Shown: positions 48,496-58,118, counted from the first letter of the stretch. The stretch is 64,000 bases of DNA from an uncultured Acidobacteriota bacterium (GCA_963796275.1 CAWCKY010000006.1:512001-576000), one strand, 5' to 3'. Notes: a model not told the origin generated them from the sequence alone. Made by a program: numbers and translations.

Positions 48496-49293
48496 ATGGC
48501 AGATGAGCAGAAAGTACGTGAACAGATTGTTGAAATAGCGACGAACTGCTATGGTCGCGGATTGCTAGTGGCCGGAGACGGTAATATCAGCGTTCGTGTC
48601 GCGCCGAACCGTGTTATTGCAACACCGTCAGGTGTCAGCAAAGGATGGATGAAGCCCGGCATGATGGTAGCAGTAGATCTGGATGGCAATCCTCTAGAAC
48701 CGTCCGAGTACAGAGTCTCAACCGAATGGCCGATGCACCGGTTGATCTATCAGTCTCGCCCCGATATACACGCCGTCGTACATGCGCATCCGCCTTATGC
48801 CACGGGGTTTGCAGTTGCCGGTTTATCGCTCGACAAAGCTATTCTATCCGAAGTCATTTTGACTCTGGGGTGTGTTCCGCTGGCGGCCTATGGAACTCCA
48901 TCTACGAATGAGCTGACCGATGCGATTGAACCCTATCTTCAATACCACGATGCATTATTGATGGCCAATCATGGCGCGGTGGCATATGCAGATACGCTGG
49001 AAAAGGCGTATAACAAGCTGGAAACCCTCGAGCACACTTGCAGGATAAGCTTCATTGCACGAACGCTCGGGAATGAAAATACGATCCCCGGCCGCGCCGT
49101 GGAGAAACTCTTCGAGATACGCGAACGCAGCGGAGCCATGCGCCCCGAAGCGCGCGAGGGGCAGGTTTGCGGTAGAGCGGTGGACGGGGAGATGGGGCGG
49201 CGGGAAGATGGTAATGAGCATATCATTTTGACGCGCGCCGAATTGATCGAGTTGTTGACTGAATCGATCCGATTGATGAATAGGCATGTTTGA
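48496..49293 (+). CDS. class II aldolase/adducin family protein with a putative C-terminal encapsulation peptide
   Basis: GDGNISVR, TPSG, STEWPMH, VVHAHPPYAT, LMANHG; tail IILTRAELIELLTESIRLM. Confidence 0.9.
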   Translation: MADEQKVREQIVEIATNCYGRGLLVAGDGNISVRVAPNRVIATPSGVSKGWMKPGMMVAVDLDGNPLEPSEYRVSTEWPMHRLIYQSRPDIHAVVHAHPPYATGFAVAGLSLDKAILSEVILTLGCVPLAAYGTPSTNELTDAIEPYLQYHDALLMANHGAVAYADTLEKAYNKLETLEHTCRISFIARTLGNENTIPGRAVEKLFEIRERSGAMRPEAREGQVCGRAVDGEMGRREDGNEHIILTRAELIELLTESIRLMNRHV

Positions 49294-49308
49294 AACGAGA
49301 GGCGGGCA

Positions 49309-49500
49309 ATGAACGAAAATAGCGACAAATGAGTTATTACGGCGCCGACGTCCGGAAGCGAAGATAAATCCGCACAAGTCATCAGCGTAGAGATAAATGA
49401 CGACCAGGATGTGCGCTGGCAGTGGACGCACTATTCGGACGGGACGAGCGCGGTCACGGGTTACGAAATCATCAAGAAGCGCGAAAGGAGCGACGAGTAG
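49309..49500 (+). pseudogene. small ORF (63 codons) interrupted by an in-frame TGA at 49330-49332
   Basis: GAGG SD, then MNENSDK*VITAPTSGSEDKSAQVISVEINDDQDVRWQWTHYSDGTSAVTGYEIIKKRERSDE*; its TAG abuts the BMC-H ATG. Confidence 0.5.
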
Positions 49501-49791
49501 ATGGAAGCACTGGGAATGATCGAGACAAAAGGATTGGTGGCGATGATCGAGGCCGCCGATGCGATGGTTAAATCCGCCAACGTGACGCTAGTGGGGTATG
49601 AGAAGATCGGCGCCGGCTTCGTAACTGCCATCGTGCGAGGCGACGTCGCGGCAGTCAAAGCCGCAACCGATGCGGGAGCCGCCGCCGCGCGTCGTGTCGG
49701 CGAACTCGTCAGCGTCCATGTCATCCCGCGCCCGCACGCCGCTGTCGATGAGAACCTTCCTCTGACTATCGAAGCGAGGTTGAAAAAATGA
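49501..49791 (+). CDS. BMC-H shell hexamer (EutM/PduA/CcmK-like)
   Basis: [26 protein letters not shown]...GDVAAVKAA...VHVIPRPH. Confidence 0.96.
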   Translation: MEALGMIETKGLVAMIEAADAMVKSANVTLVGYEKIGAGFVTAIVRGDVAAVKAATDAGAAAARRVGELVSVHVIPRPHAAVDENLPLTIEARLKK

Positions 49792-49883
49792 TGATGCCCC
49801 GAATCTGGAACCCAGGAATCTGTTAAAAACCAGACTCGAGTCTCCGGATTACGGGCTGACGTCATACCAGACTCCAGACACTT

Positions 49884-50153
49884 ATGATCATCGGACGAAT
49901 CGTCGGCAACATCGTTGCGACACGCAAAGACCCGAGGTTGGAGGGTAAAAAGCTGCTGCTCGTCCGTCCGCTCACTCTCCGGGGCGAAGACGAGAGCAAC
50001 TATCTGGTGGCCGTCGACACGGTCGGCGCCGGATTTCGCGAGAAGGTTCTGGTCGTCTCGGGTAGCAGCGCGCGCATGGCGGAAGGGCTTAAAGATATAC
50101 CGGTAGACGCGGCGATCATCGGTATCATCGATACGGTTGAGGTGACTGATTGA
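49884..50153 (+). CDS. BMC-P vertex pentamer (EutN/CcmL family)
   Basis: MIIGRIVGNIVATRKDPRLEGKKLLLV...VAVDTVGAG..EKVLVVSGSSAR...PVDAAIIGIID. Confidence 0.95.
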   Translation: MIIGRIVGNIVATRKDPRLEGKKLLLVRPLTLRGEDESNYLVAVDTVGAGFREKVLVVSGSSARMAEGLKDIPVDAAIIGIIDTVEVTD

Positions 50154-50155
50154 GT

Positions 50156-51940
50156 ATGACAACTATCCGCATCGCGCTCGCACAGATAAATCCAACCGTA
50201 GGCGATTTCGCCGGCAACACCTCCAAAATAATCGCCAACGTCGAACGCGCACGGGATGCAGGGGCGGAGATCATCGCCGTCCCCGAACTCTCGCTCCCCG
50301 GATATCCGCCTGAGGATTTGCTGCTAAAGCCGCAGTTCATCGAATCCAATCTGAAAGCGCTCGGACAGATTGTCTCAGCATCAAAGGGCATCGTCGTAAT
50401 AGTCGGCTGCGTGGCTAAATCCAGTGATATTCATAATGCAGCGGCGGTGATTTGCGATGGCGAGCTGAAAGGGTTCTATTACAAAAATTTTCTGCCGAAT
50501 TACGGCGTCTTCGATGAGTATAGATATTTCGACGCGGGCCAGACCGCGCCTATCTACGCATACGCCGATGTGCTCATCGGTATCAACATCTGCGAGGACA
50601 TCTGGTATCCGGGGGGGCCGACGCAAATCCAGGCGCTGGCCGGAGCGCAGGTAATAATAAATATCTCCGCCTCGCCATATTACGCAGGAAAAGGCAGTTC
50701 ACGCGAGCGGATGCTCGCCACGAGAGCGGAAGATAACGCCGTCGCGCTGGCATATGTCAATCTGGTGGGTGGCCAGGACGAACTGGTCTTCGATGGTCAG
50801 AGCCTGATCTTCGATGAGCGCGGCGAAGTAATAGCGCGCGGCAAGTTGTTTGAAGAAGACCTCGTTATCGCCGACATCAATGTCGAACGGGTGTTCAAAG
50901 AAAGACTGCACGACCCGCGTCGAAGACAGGAGCGGATAGATGTCGCGAGTACCGGGATCAGCGTCGAGCGCATCCTCTTGCGCGAGCGCCCGTTCGATGA
51001 AAAAAGAGCGGCAGCATATGCAGGCGCGCCTGTCGGTCCGCCGGCGAAGACCTTTCCCGCAAGAGAACCGGCGATGTCGATTGCGCTTCCGGGCGGCGCC
51101 GAAGAGGTATACCTGGCTCTGGTCGTCGGGACGCGCGATTACGTCTGCAAGAATGGTTTCAAGAGAGTCGTCATCGGCCTCTCGGGAGGCATCGATTCGG
51201 CGCTGACTGCATGTGTTGCGGTTGATGCGCTGGGAGCTGAACAGGTCACCTGTGTCTTTATGCCCACCCGCTACTCGTCTCCCGAGAGCGGGCGCGATGC
51301 TGCGAAACTGGCGGGGAACCTCGGCGTCGCCTATCACATCATCTCGATCGAAGATACCTTCGAGCAATACCTCAAGATGCTCAGGCAGATATTCGGCAAT
51401 ACGCCGGCCGGTGTGGCCGAAGAGAACATTCAAGCGCGCATCCGCGGTAACATCCTTATGGCGTTCTCCAACAAATTCGGGGCGCTCGTGCTATCGACCG
51501 GAAACAAGAGTGAGGTCAGCACCGGCTATTGCACGCTTTATGGGGATATGGCCGGAGGGTTTTCCGTGCTCAAGGATGTGCCCAAGACTCTAGTCTATGA
51601 GCTCGCCGAATATATCAATCGGCGCGGCACGAAAGCCGTCATACCGGAGTACATCATCACCCGTCCGCCATCGGCCGAGCTGAGAGCAGATCAGAAGGAT
51701 ACGGATAGTCTCCCGCCGTACGATGTCCTCGATGCGATACTCGAGCTATATGTCGAAGAAGACCTGAGCGCCGAGGCGATTATTTCCCATGGCTTCGATG
51801 AGAAGATCGTCCGCTGGGTGACTCGCCAGGTCGATATAAATGAATACAAACGCCGTCAGGCCGCGCCTGGCATCAAGATCACCCCGCGCGCATTCGGACG
51901 TGACCGTAGAATGCCGATTACAAACAGGTTTCATGGATGA
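50156..51940 (+). CDS. nadE: glutamine-dependent NAD+ synthetase
   Basis: Nitrilase domain (PELSLPGYPPEDL, LPNYGVFDEYRYF, ICEDIW) plus GLSGGIDS, ENIQARIRG, STGNKSE, YGDMAGG, PPSAEL, NEYKRRQA. Confidence 0.97.
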   Translation: MTTIRIALAQINPTVGDFAGNTSKIIANVERARDAGAEIIAVPELSLPGYPPEDLLLKPQFIESNLKALGQIVSASKGIVVIVGCVAKSSDIHNAAAVICDGELKGFYYKNFLPNYGVFDEYRYFDAGQTAPIYAYADVLIGINICEDIWYPGGPTQIQALAGAQVIINISASPYYAGKGSSRERMLATRAEDNAVALAYVNLVGGQDELVFDGQSLIFDERGEVIARGKLFEEDLVIADINVERVFKERLHDPRRRQERIDVASTGISVERILLRERPFDEKRAAAYAGAPVGPPAKTFPAREPAMSIALPGGAEEVYLALVVGTRDYVCKNGFKRVVIGLSGGIDSALTACVAVDALGAEQVTCVFMPTRYSSPESGRDAAKLAGNLGVAYHIISIEDTFEQYLKMLRQIFGNTPAGVAEENIQARIRGNILMAFSNKFGALVLSTGNKSEVSTGYCTLYGDMAGGFSVLKDVPKTLVYELAEYINRRGTKAVIPEYIITRPPSAELRADQKDTDSLPPYDVLDAILELYVEEDLSAEAIISHGFDEKIVRWVTRQVDINEYKRRQAAPGIKITPRAFGRDRRMPITNRFHG

Positions 51941-52028
51941 TTGGAGCCAGAAGAGAATAGGATAGACAAACGAAAAATATCTAATCAGGCGGAACTGGTC
52001 GGTCTCGTATTTCCTTGACGATCTAACA

Positions 52029-52778
52029 ATGAGTCTTCCGAATTCACTCACACTCTTGCGCATATTCATCGCGCCCTTGCTGGTGGTGGTGCTGTTGACG
52101 AAATTTTCCGAAGATTGGGTTGGATTGCCGCAACATATCGCCGGTGTGAGTCTGTTCCTCTTTGCTGCTTCTACCGACGTTCTCGATGGGTGGATTGCGC
52201 GCAGGCGGGGGCAGGTGTCGCGTCTGGGCATTCTGCTCGATCCGATAGCAGACAAACTTCTCATCTCGTCCGCCTTCATTTCACTCGTGGAAAATCGTCT
52301 CGCTCCTGCGTGGGCAGTCGTGATCATCATAGGACGCGAATTCGCAGTTTCCGGTCTACGCTCGATAGCGGCGGCGGAAGGCTGGGCGATACCCGCCTCG
52401 AAAGCGGGGAAGATAAAAATGTTTTCCCAGGTAGTTACAATAGCCCTGCTGATCACATCTTCAGTCGACGGAGCTCCGCCGGTCGAGACAAAAGCTTTTC
52501 CCATCATCGCGTTCTGGACAGTGCCGGAGATGCACACGGCTCTCGCGCATCTGTTCGGCTCGGGGGAAACGAGCTGGCTTGACTGGCGTATGATGTTTTA
52601 TGGGCTGGGACGCGGTCTCTTATGGCTGGTGGTTATCTCATCTTGCTGGTCTATGTACGGATATTTCCGCCATTTCTATCAGAACGCGAGCGAAAGCCTG
52701 GGTCTGAAAAAAAAGAAGCGGAGGAGTGAGAAGGGGATCGCGCATGGTTTGAACCGGTTGGGATCTGATAAGAGGTGA
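52029..52778 (+). CDS. pgsA: CDP-diacylglycerol--glycerol-3-phosphate 3-phosphatidyltransferase
   Basis: LPNSLTLLRI, TDVLDGWIARRRGQVSRLGILLDPIADKLL, REFAVSGLR. Confidence 0.88.
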   Translation: MSLPNSLTLLRIFIAPLLVVVLLTKFSEDWVGLPQHIAGVSLFLFAASTDVLDGWIARRRGQVSRLGILLDPIADKLLISSAFISLVENRLAPAWAVVIIIGREFAVSGLRSIAAAEGWAIPASKAGKIKMFSQVVTIALLITSSVDGAPPVETKAFPIIAFWTVPEMHTALAHLFGSGETSWLDWRMMFYGLGRGLLWLVVISSCWSMYGYFRHFYQNASESLGLKKKKRRSEKGIAHGLNRLGSDKR

Positions 52779-53299
52779 TGATGATTTTCGAGTATGAAGG
52801 AAATCGGCCGCAGATCGGCAAAAATGTATTCATCGCTCCGACCGCTGTTATCATCGGTAATGTGGAGATCGGAGATGGCGCGAGCATATGGTACGGCGTG
52901 GTGTTGCGCGGCGACGAGGGGAAAATCATCATCGGCTCCGGCAGCAACGTCCAGGATAACACGGTCATTCACACTACGCCGGATAATCCGACCATTATCG
53001 GTGATGATGTGACTATCGGTCACGGCGCACTACTCGAAGGTTGCCGGGTCGAAAAAGGCGCGGTCATCGGAATGGGCGCGATTATCCTGCATCAAGCCGT
53101 TATCGGCGAGCAGTCGATGGTAGCCGCTGGCAGCGTGGTGACGCCGGGCACGCATATCCAGCCGCGCACCCTGGCTGCCGGCACCCCCGCTGTCACCAAA
53201 AAAGAGCTGTCGGGGATGGCGCTACGCGCAGTCGAGGGCAATGCGCGGGTATATCGCGAGCTTGCGCATAACTATTTGAAACAACGCCTGGATCAATAG
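52775..53299 (+). CDS. gamma carbonic anhydrase family (YrdA-like) hexapeptide protein
   Basis: FIAPTAVIIGNV, SIWYGVVLRGD, SNVQDNTVIH, VTIGHGALLEGC; overlaps the pgsA stop (GTGA). Confidence 0.88.
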   Translation: MMMIFEYEGNRPQIGKNVFIAPTAVIIGNVEIGDGASIWYGVVLRGDEGKIIIGSGSNVQDNTVIHTTPDNPTIIGDDVTIGHGALLEGCRVEKGAVIGMGAIILHQAVIGEQSMVAAGSVVTPGTHIQPRTLAAGTPAVTKKELSGMALRAVEGNARVYRELAHNYLKQRLDQ

Positions 53300-53309
53300 C
53301 TTCCCGTTC

Positions 53310-54128
53310 TCAGCTGCCCCAGCTTATCAGAGCCTCGGCATACGGCTCCGGAGTCTCCAATCCGATCAGATGACCTGTGTTGGGAACTTTCATGATCTTC
53401 GAGTCCTTGATCTTCTCACTGAAAATATCCGCGTACATCGGCGAAACGAACCTATCCTGCTCACCCCAGACAATTAATGCCGGCGCTTTTATCCGCCACA
53501 GCCTCCGCTCAAGCCCATTTTCGGGAATCGGATAGAGGAACTTGGCTATCGTGCGGAAGCCGCGCGACATTGCTATCAATAGCTCGACCTGCTCCTGTGA
53601 GCGATTATCGTTGTCGCTGAAGAGCATGGTCAGCGCAAGCATCTGCTGCGCAGCAGGACAAGCCTGATTGTGAAAAAGATAGGGCACAAGTTCGTGCACA
53701 AGTTGACCGAAGAGATCGACGACGGGCGCTTCATCGCGCCACAATCCTACGGGTGCGGCCAGCCCCAGGCGGCCGATTTCCCCCGGGCGCAGCGCGGCCA
53801 TCTCCGCGGCCATCCAACCGCCGAGGCTTTCCCCCACGACGTACGGCCGTTCGAGTCCGAGCGCATCAATCACGTCGAATCCATGGAAGAAGAGATCGAA
53901 TTGATCTTCGAGGTATTCGAGACCGGTCGATTGCCCGAAGCCCGGGAGCAACGGAGCATAGATATGATAGGAGCGCGCAAGCATGGGCAGGACTCCATCC
54001 CAGGCCATTATGCCTCCGGCGCCGTGCAAAAAGAGCAATGGCGGGCCGTCGCCCGCTTCGAGTACTTCAACGGCAGGACGTCCGGGGCCGAGATCGAGCA
54101 TTCGTGATCGAGGAATTGCCATGTTCAT
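53310..54128 (-). CDS. alpha/beta hydrolase
   Basis: FLHGAGG, LPGFGQS, GESLGG, VWGEQD, TGH; ATGA overlap with the LLM gene. Confidence 0.88.
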   Translation of the reverse strand: MNMAIPRSRMLDLGPGRPAVEVLEAGDGPPLLFLHGAGGIMAWDGVLPMLARSYHIYAPLLPGFGQSTGLEYLEDQFDLFFHGFDVIDALGLERPYVVGESLGGWMAAEMAALRPGEIGRLGLAAPVGLWRDEAPVVDLFGQLVHELVPYLFHNQACPAAQQMLALTMLFSDNDNRSQEQVELLIAMSRGFRTIAKFLYPIPENGLERRLWRIKAPALIVWGEQDRFVSPMYADIFSEKIKDSKIMKVPNTGHLIGLETPEPYAEALISWGS

Positions 54129-55399
54129 GCCGTCACCTCCGTCGGTCGTTCGACCCGATCCTTGACCGCATCATTGTGGCTGCCGGGTTGCGCCCGCCCG
54201 CTTTCGGGCAGAGACTTCGGCCACCAGTGATCCTCCCATTCGCTCCAGATCGGCCGCAGCTGTGGCATAACTTCGGTCGCAAACAAATAGGTCGAGCGGT
54301 TGGTCAGTTCGATCGGCGCTGACCCGATATGCAGTGCCAGACAGAGATGCCCGCAGCGCAGCGAGCGCGCCAGTTCTTCCAGCTTTTGGCGCACCGTCGC
54401 AGGCGAACCGGCGATAATGTAGCCGCCCTCAACCAGCTCTTTCCAGCTCTTGTTTGTGCCCAGGTTCCCCGAAGTGTTGCCCGCCTGGGCGACTACGGCC
54501 GCGCGGATCGACGCCTCTGAAGTGTAGCCGGGCGGGGAACTCATACCGGGGTAGAGATGCAGACACCGGTTGAAGAAATAATCTACGTGCGGCCACCATT
54601 CGCGTTCGCACGCGGCATCGGTGTCGCTCAGGCAGACTTGTTGGGCGAAAGCGCAGCTATAAGGGTTGGGCTCTTTGCCGAGGGAGGCCATTCGTTCCCA
54701 AAAACCATCGAGCATCTTTTTCGCGCGTATGTACCCGCTGAAAGAGAGATAACTGTAGTTGTAGCCGTGTTCGGCGCAGAAGTCCCAAGTTTCAATCGAG
54801 CTCAGGCCGGGGATCCAAATGGGCGGATGCGGTTTCTGGATCGGTTGCGGCCAGACGTTGACGTAGCGAAGTTTCGTGTATTTTCCATTCCAGGCGAAAG
54901 GCTCGCGTTCGCGCCAGGCCTTCTTGATGAGGTCGTGTGCCTCACGATACTTCTCGCGAATTGTGGCCGGGTTCTGCCCATAGCAATAGTTGACATCCAT
55001 AGGCGTGCCGACGGGAAATCCCGCGATTAATCTTCCGCCGGATATGACGTCGAGCATAGCAAACTCTTCCGCCACGCGCGTAGGTGGGTTGTAGAGCGCA
55101 ATCGAATTGCCGAGCACCAGAATCATCGCCTTCGATGTGCGCCGCGCCAACGCCGCCGCCATCAGATTAGGCGATGGCATCAGCCCGTATCCGTTTTGAT
55201 GATGCTCATTGACCCCGATCGAATCGAATCCCATCCGATCAGCGTATTCGAGCATGTCCAGATATTCGTTGTAGAGCTGATGGCCGCGCTCCGGATCGTA
55301 GAGAGCGTTGGGCAGATCGACCCAGACGCTGTGATAATGATCGCGGAAATTGTCCGGCAACCAGCGGTATGGCATGAGGTGAAACCAGTTGAATTTCAT
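54125..55399 (-). CDS. luciferase-like (LLM class) flavin-dependent oxidoreductase
   Basis: GFDSIGVNEHH, PSPNLMAAALA, RVAEEFAMLDVISGGRL, WPQPIQKPHPPIW, IAGSPATV; start 55399 after AAGGAG. Confidence 0.92.
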   Translation of the reverse strand: MKFNWFHLMPYRWLPDNFRDHYHSVWVDLPNALYDPERGHQLYNEYLDMLEYADRMGFDSIGVNEHHQNGYGLMPSPNLMAAALARRTSKAMILVLGNSIALYNPPTRVAEEFAMLDVISGGRLIAGFPVGTPMDVNYCYGQNPATIREKYREAHDLIKKAWREREPFAWNGKYTKLRYVNVWPQPIQKPHPPIWIPGLSSIETWDFCAEHGYNYSYLSFSGYIRAKKMLDGFWERMASLGKEPNPYSCAFAQQVCLSDTDAACEREWWPHVDYFFNRCLHLYPGMSSPPGYTSEASIRAAVVAQAGNTSGNLGTNKSWKELVEGGYIIAGSPATVRQKLEELARSLRCGHLCLALHIGSAPIELTNRSTYLFATEVMPQLRPIWSEWEDHWWPKSLPESGRAQPGSHNDAVKDRVERPTEVTA

Positions 55400-55715
55400 G
55401 TGGGCTCCTTGTTTGTCCGCACGGCACAATTTGGGTGCGGCGCCTATCTTTTTTTCTGATTATGCCGACTGATTTTGCAGATCGGATGTACTGCGGTGCC
55501 CATTATCTTCACGCGGGTAGCTGAGTGCAAACTTCAAAGGGAATGCAACAGGAAACAAAGGGGATAGGAATTCTCGGGGGGATATTCCGAATCAGGTGCT
55601 TTTCGTTCCTCTCGCCGCATACTAAATCTTGCCCGCTTCGAATTTCCCCTTGTGCCTTAGCCTCTTCGCATCTTTGAGTTAAACTAGCTGCCTTAACGAA
55701 TAATAGAATGAAACG

Positions 55716-58118
55716 ATGCTTCAGACAGGATCCAGGCTGGGTCAGTACAAAATTCTCGCTCCCCTCGGAGCAGGCGGGATGGGAGAGGTGTGGTTAGCGG
55801 AGGACGCGCGCCTCGGCCGCAAACTGGCATTAAAAGTGCTCCCCGCCGATTTCACAACTGATGCCGCACGCGTCGCCCGCTTCGAACAGGAGGCTCGCGC
55901 TGCATCGGCGCTCAATCATCCGGGTATCATCACCATCTATGAGATCGGCGAAGAGGACGGCATCCATTTCATCGCCACCGAATTTATCGAGGGCCGCACT
56001 CTGCGCCAGGCGCTGAGTGGCGAGGGAATCGGGTTGGGCGAAGCGTTGGAGATCGCCACTCAGATAGCCGGCGCCTTGCAAGTCGCACACGAGGCCGGCA
56101 TTACGCACCGCGACATAAAACCCGAAAATGTAATGCTGCGACCGGATGGGTACGTAAAAGTTCTGGATTTCGGCCTGGCGAAGCTCACCGAAAAATCATC
56201 GGAGATCATTGATACGGAGGCCGCCACCAGGATCAGGAATCCTACCGATCCGGGAACGGTCATGGGTACGGTTAGCTATATGTCGCCCGAGCAGGCTCGC
56301 GGATTGAAAGTCGATGCGCGCAGCGACATCTTCAGCCTCGGCGTGGTGCTTTATGAAATGCTGGCCGGCCGTCTGCCCTTCGATGGCCAGACGGCGAGCG
56401 ATGTGCTGGCGGCTATTCTCACCTCCGAACCGGCGCCGCTAAGCAGCGTCATTCCCGAATTGCCGCCGGAACTCGTAGCGAGTCTGGTAAAGGCGTTGCG
56501 GAAGGATATCGATGGTCGTTATCAGTCGATCAAGGGCTTTCTCAACGATCTGAAGCTCGCCAAAAACCGGCTGGATTTTGCGGCACAACTCGCAGTCGAC
56601 CGGAGTCAGCCGTTCAAGCGGTCGATCGATGAGATCACCGATGCCGCAACAGTCGAACTCACGAGCGGCGAGCTGCGTGGTTTGCCAACTGTTCACCGGC
56701 AAACGAAGGGCCGGTCTTATTCATCGGGTAAGGCGATCGACTCGCTGGCGATACTCCCACTCGCCAATGCCGGTAATGACGCGGATATGGAGTATCTGAG
56801 CGACGGCATTACCGAGAGCATCATCAACAGCCTGTCGCAACTGCCGCAGTTGCGCGTCGTGCCGCGCAGCACGGTCTTTCGCTATAAGGGAAGTGAGATC
56901 GATCCGCAGAGCGTCGGAGCCGAACTCAAAGTTCGCGCGGTGATGACCGGCCGCGTTCTGCAGCTGGGAGATTCTCTCATCGTCAAAACCGAACTTGTCG
57001 ATGTGGCGAAACAATCGCAACTCTGGGGTGAGCAATACCGGCGGAAGCTCACGGACATTTTTGAGTTACAGGAGGAAATCTCCCGTGAGATCAGCAGCAA
57101 ACTGCGATTGCAGTTGAGCGGTGAAGAGAAACAGAAGCTGATCAAGCGCTACACTGACGACACGGAGGCGTATCACCTCTACCTGAAGGGCCGCTACTAT
57201 AACAACAAACGCACGCCCGAATGGATCAGGAAAGGGATAGAGCATTTTCAGGAGGCGATCGACCTAGATCCGAATTATGCGGTTGCTTATGCCGGGTTGG
57301 CCGATTCCTATGCTTTCCTGGCCTCTTCCACCGGAGGCCAGCCGCCGCGCGAGACATATCCGATCGCCAAAGCTGCCGCGATGAAAGCGTTGGATCTGGA
57401 CGACACCCTGGGCGAGGCGCACTGCTCACTGGGATTTTTTCACCTTTTATACGATTGGGATGCTTCCGCCGCCGAACGCGAATACCGGCGCGCCATCGAA
57501 CTCAGCCCGAATTATGCCAACGCATACGACGGCTACGGCTTCTACCTCAAAGCAACCGGGCAGCACGACGACGCCATCAGGTCATGCCAGCGCGCCCTCG
57601 AACTCGACCCATTATCGCTCTTTGTTCAGCTGAGCCTGGGATGGGCTTATTATTTCGCGCGTCGCCACGATGAGGCTTTAAAACAAAGCCGCAAAGTGAT
57701 GGAGATGGACCCGAACTTCGGGTTCGCGCACTGGCATGCGGGGATGAATTACATCCAGAAGCGGATGTACGATGAAGCAATCGAGTCTTTCAAGAAGGCC
57801 ATCAACCTCACAGGCGCCGTCCCGACTTTTATCTCGTACCTCGGTCATTCATATGCTCGCAGAGGCAGAGAACGCGATGCCCGCCAGATGCTCGCGCAGT
57901 TGGAGTCGTTGTCTAAGCGGCAATATGTCTCATCCTATTTCAGAGCGATGATTTATTTGGGGTTGGACGATCTGCAAAAAACTTTTGAATGGTTGGATCG
58001 GACTTTTGAAGAACGATCGGGTTTTTTAGCATTCATCAGGGTCGAGCCGATGCTGGATCCGCTGAGGGGAGATGCCAGGTTTGAGAGATTTGTGGGGCAC
58101 ATAAAGCCGGAAGTTTAG
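55716..58118 (+). CDS. Hanks-type Ser/Thr protein kinase with TolB_N-like and TPR domains
   Basis: LGAGGMGEV, ALKVL, HRDIKPEN, DFGLAK, GTVSYMSPEQ; SLAILPL...YLSDGITESIINSL; TPRs. Confidence 0.95.
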   Translation: MLQTGSRLGQYKILAPLGAGGMGEVWLAEDARLGRKLALKVLPADFTTDAARVARFEQEARAASALNHPGIITIYEIGEEDGIHFIATEFIEGRTLRQALSGEGIGLGEALEIATQIAGALQVAHEAGITHRDIKPENVMLRPDGYVKVLDFGLAKLTEKSSEIIDTEAATRIRNPTDPGTVMGTVSYMSPEQARGLKVDARSDIFSLGVVLYEMLAGRLPFDGQTASDVLAAILTSEPAPLSSVIPELPPELVASLVKALRKDIDGRYQSIKGFLNDLKLAKNRLDFAAQLAVDRSQPFKRSIDEITDAATVELTSGELRGLPTVHRQTKGRSYSSGKAIDSLAILPLANAGNDADMEYLSDGITESIINSLSQLPQLRVVPRSTVFRYKGSEIDPQSVGAELKVRAVMTGRVLQLGDSLIVKTELVDVAKQSQLWGEQYRRKLTDIFELQEEISREISSKLRLQLSGEEKQKLIKRYTDDTEAYHLYLKGRYYNNKRTPEWIRKGIEHFQEAIDLDPNYAVAYAGLADSYAFLASSTGGQPPRETYPIAKAAAMKALDLDDTLGEAHCSLGFFHLLYDWDASAAEREYRRAIELSPNYANAYDGYGFYLKATGQHDDAIRSCQRALELDPLSLFVQLSLGWAYYFARRHDEALKQSRKVMEMDPNFGFAHWHAGMNYIQKRMYDEAIESFKKAINLTGAVPTFISYLGHSYARRGRERDARQMLAQLESLSKRQYVSSYFRAMIYLGLDDLQKTFEWLDRTFEERSGFLAFIRVEPMLDPLRGDARFERFVGHIKPEV

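Noticed and set aside
49501-53299. Carboxysome interpretation (shell genes + gamma-CA resembling CcmM)
   Set aside because: No RuBisCO and no small-subunit-like repeats on the gamma-CA; the aldolase points to a catabolic BMC.
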